This document shows, piece after piece, positions 62,372 to 64,000 of a stretch of 64,000 nucleotides of DNA. The stretch is from Myxococcota bacterium. Its GTDB lineage: Bacteria; Myxococcota_A; UBA796; CAJQPC01. The notes beneath the pieces were generated by a model, which made no database searches, was not told the origin of the DNA, and saw nothing but the letters and a program-made list of their open reading frames with translations. Made by a program: the position numbers and the translations under genes. The DNA is taken from NCBI GenBank assembly GCA_036229005.1, contig JAZAMN010000040.1:1-64000 (forward strand), written 5' to 3'. Position 1 is the stretch's first letter; each line of letters opens with the position of its first letter.

Positions 62372-62446
62372 GCTGCACGCCCTGGAGGGGTCGATGCTCC
62401 CGCTGCACTGGATCCTGGCTGCCTTCCCCGGCTTTGACGGCCTCCG

Positions 62447-63502
62447 ATGAACCAGCTCCCCCCCTTGGACAGCTTCGCGGACGAGGTCAAGGCCCTGGGG
62501 GCCCGGATCCGCGCCTCCATGGGCCCCCGGGACGCCGCCCACCTGCTGCGCCTCTACCGCATCGAGCGCAGCCTCAAGTGGATAGGCCGGGCCGTCGCGG
62601 CCTTCGTGCCCGGGCCCGGCGGGATCCTGCTGGGGGGCCTGCTGCTGGCCATCCAGAAGCAGCTCGCCATCGGCCCGCTGGGGCACGACATCTACCACGG
62701 CGCCTGGGAGGGCGTTCCGGGGGCGGAGCGCTTCGCCAAGGAGCACTGGCGCTGGGACGCGCCGGTGGAGCCCGACATCTGGCGGGAGATGCACAACCGC
62801 CGCCACCACGCCCACACCGGGGTCGCCCACCGCGACTACGACGCCCAGTTCGCCCTGCTCCGGGTCAACCCCCACCTGCCGCGCTTCCGCGGCGGCCGCT
62901 TCCAGGGCTGGTGGGGCCTGGCCTCCCTCCCCCTGTTCACCCACATCGGCCACCTGCAGTACCTGGGCGCCTTCGACGGCCTCGCCCACCGCATGGGCCA
63001 GCGCACCGCCCAGCCCCAGCCCGTCGCCGCCCGACAGGCCCTTCGCCGCTGGGCCCGCTGGATGGGCCGCTACGTGCTGGACCACTACCTGATCGGCCCC
63101 CTGATCTTCGGCCCCTTCGCCCTGCGGGTGGTCCTGGCCGAGCTCCTGGCCGGCCGGCTCCGCGACCTGGCGCTCTTCTACTTCGCCTTCGCCACCCACG
63201 CCGGCCCTGAGACCGCCTGGCTCCCCGAAGACCACCGCTCCAGCGGCCGCGACGGCTGGCTGCGCGACCGCATCGCCGTGTCGTACAACAGCCGCCTGCC
63301 GCGCTGGGCCAGCCTCATCCTGGACGCCGTCGACCAGCACATCGAACACCACGTGTTCCCCATGCTCCCCTCCCACCGCCTGGCCGAGGCCGGCCTGGGC
63401 CTGCGCGAGATCTGCCGCCGCCACGGCGTCCCCTACCGGGTCGAGTCCATCCCCGCGCGGATCTGGACCACCCTCCGCGAGTTCTTCCGCCTCGCCGGGT
63501 AG
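62447..63502 (+). CDS. Membrane fatty acid desaturase (DesA3/DesB-like)
   Basis: His boxes HDIYH, HNRRHHAHT, HIEHHVFP. Confidence 0.92.
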   Translation: MNQLPPLDSFADEVKALGARIRASMGPRDAAHLLRLYRIERSLKWIGRAVAAFVPGPGGILLGGLLLAIQKQLAIGPLGHDIYHGAWEGVPGAERFAKEHWRWDAPVEPDIWREMHNRRHHAHTGVAHRDYDAQFALLRVNPHLPRFRGGRFQGWWGLASLPLFTHIGHLQYLGAFDGLAHRMGQRTAQPQPVAARQALRRWARWMGRYVLDHYLIGPLIFGPFALRVVLAELLAGRLRDLALFYFAFATHAGPETAWLPEDHRSSGRDGWLRDRIAVSYNSRLPRWASLILDAVDQHIEHHVFPMLPSHRLAEAGLGLREICRRHGVPYRVESIPARIWTTLREFFRLAG

Positions 63503-63606
63503 CGGCCCGGCCAACAGCGGCTGCCTGCAGAGCGCGCCGGATGCCCGCTGCACCTTGACTCCCCTCCCCCAACGCACCACATTGGCCTCCCACCCCGGAG
63601 CCCCCA

Positions 63607-64000
63607 ATGGCCGCCCGCTTTGAGCTGCACGTCCACGCCACCGACAGCGGGCACAGCGCCCAGCTCTTCTCGGGCGGGCAGGCGCTGACCGAGGCCGCTC
63701 CGGTCGACCTGGCCCCGTCCAACGTCACCGAAGCCATCCTGCGCCAGCTCCAGCTCGAGCCCGCCAAGCGGCGGCTGCTCCCGGCTGCCCACGTCCAGGG
63801 CGCCGGTGAACGCCTCTGGCAGGCCCTGGGCGCCGTCGGGGACAAGCTGGCCGAGGCCCTGGACCAAGGCCCCGTCGACCTGGCCATCGTGAGCCACGAC
63901 GCCCAGGCCCTGCGCCTCCCGTGGGAGGTGCTGCGCGCGCCCGACAGTGCCTCGCCGGTGCGCTCCGGTGCCCTTGAGATCCTGCGCAGCCACGAGCCCC
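63607..64000 (+). CDS. N-terminus of a probable CHAT-domain protein (partial)
   Basis: Manual translation MAARFELHV...GERLWQAL...LAIVSHDAQALRLPWEVL; GGAG RBS; open to the window end. Confidence 0.65.
   Translation, partial: MAARFELHVHATDSGHSAQLFSGGQALTEAAPVDLAPSNVTEAILRQLQLEPAKRRLLPAAHVQGAGERLWQALGAVGDKLAEALDQGPVDLAIVSHDAQALRLPWEVLRAPDSASPVRSGALEILRSHEP

Overview
High-GC bacterial chromosomal segment, probably Myxococcota-like (inferred from Cys/Asp-rich MopE-type repeats, a Ser/Thr kinase-fold gene and CHAT/caspase proteins). It holds about 50 real genes among many GC-driven shadow ORFs. Recognisable housekeeping genes: fadN-fadA beta-oxidation pair with a TetR/FadR-type box, glutathione peroxidase, parvulin PPIase, SDR, mntP, hrpB, iscS-iscU-iscA-hscB-hscA, fpr, a sulfatase and a fatty acid desaturase. 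The most unusual element is at 22.6-28.7 kb. Five tandem membrane-protein genes have dissimilar multi-TM N-termini fused to a near-identical, mosaic ~220-300 bp C-terminal module. They form two blocks, and each block ends inside a bipartite inverted array of 31-bp-period repeats; a related 31-bp-period array lies at 13.5-13.8 kb. Other notable items: an isc operon headed by a 4-Cys MerR regulator with two operator palindromes bracketing a sigma70 promoter, a five-gene ACAD/PhnD-like/TusA-ferritin/E2/methyltransferase operon, several enzymes with degenerate motifs, very short signal peptides, and four GT-C-like membrane proteins next to two giant surface lipoproteins. No rRNA, tRNA, CRISPR or transposase was recognised. 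All calls come from reading motifs by eye; no database searches were run.
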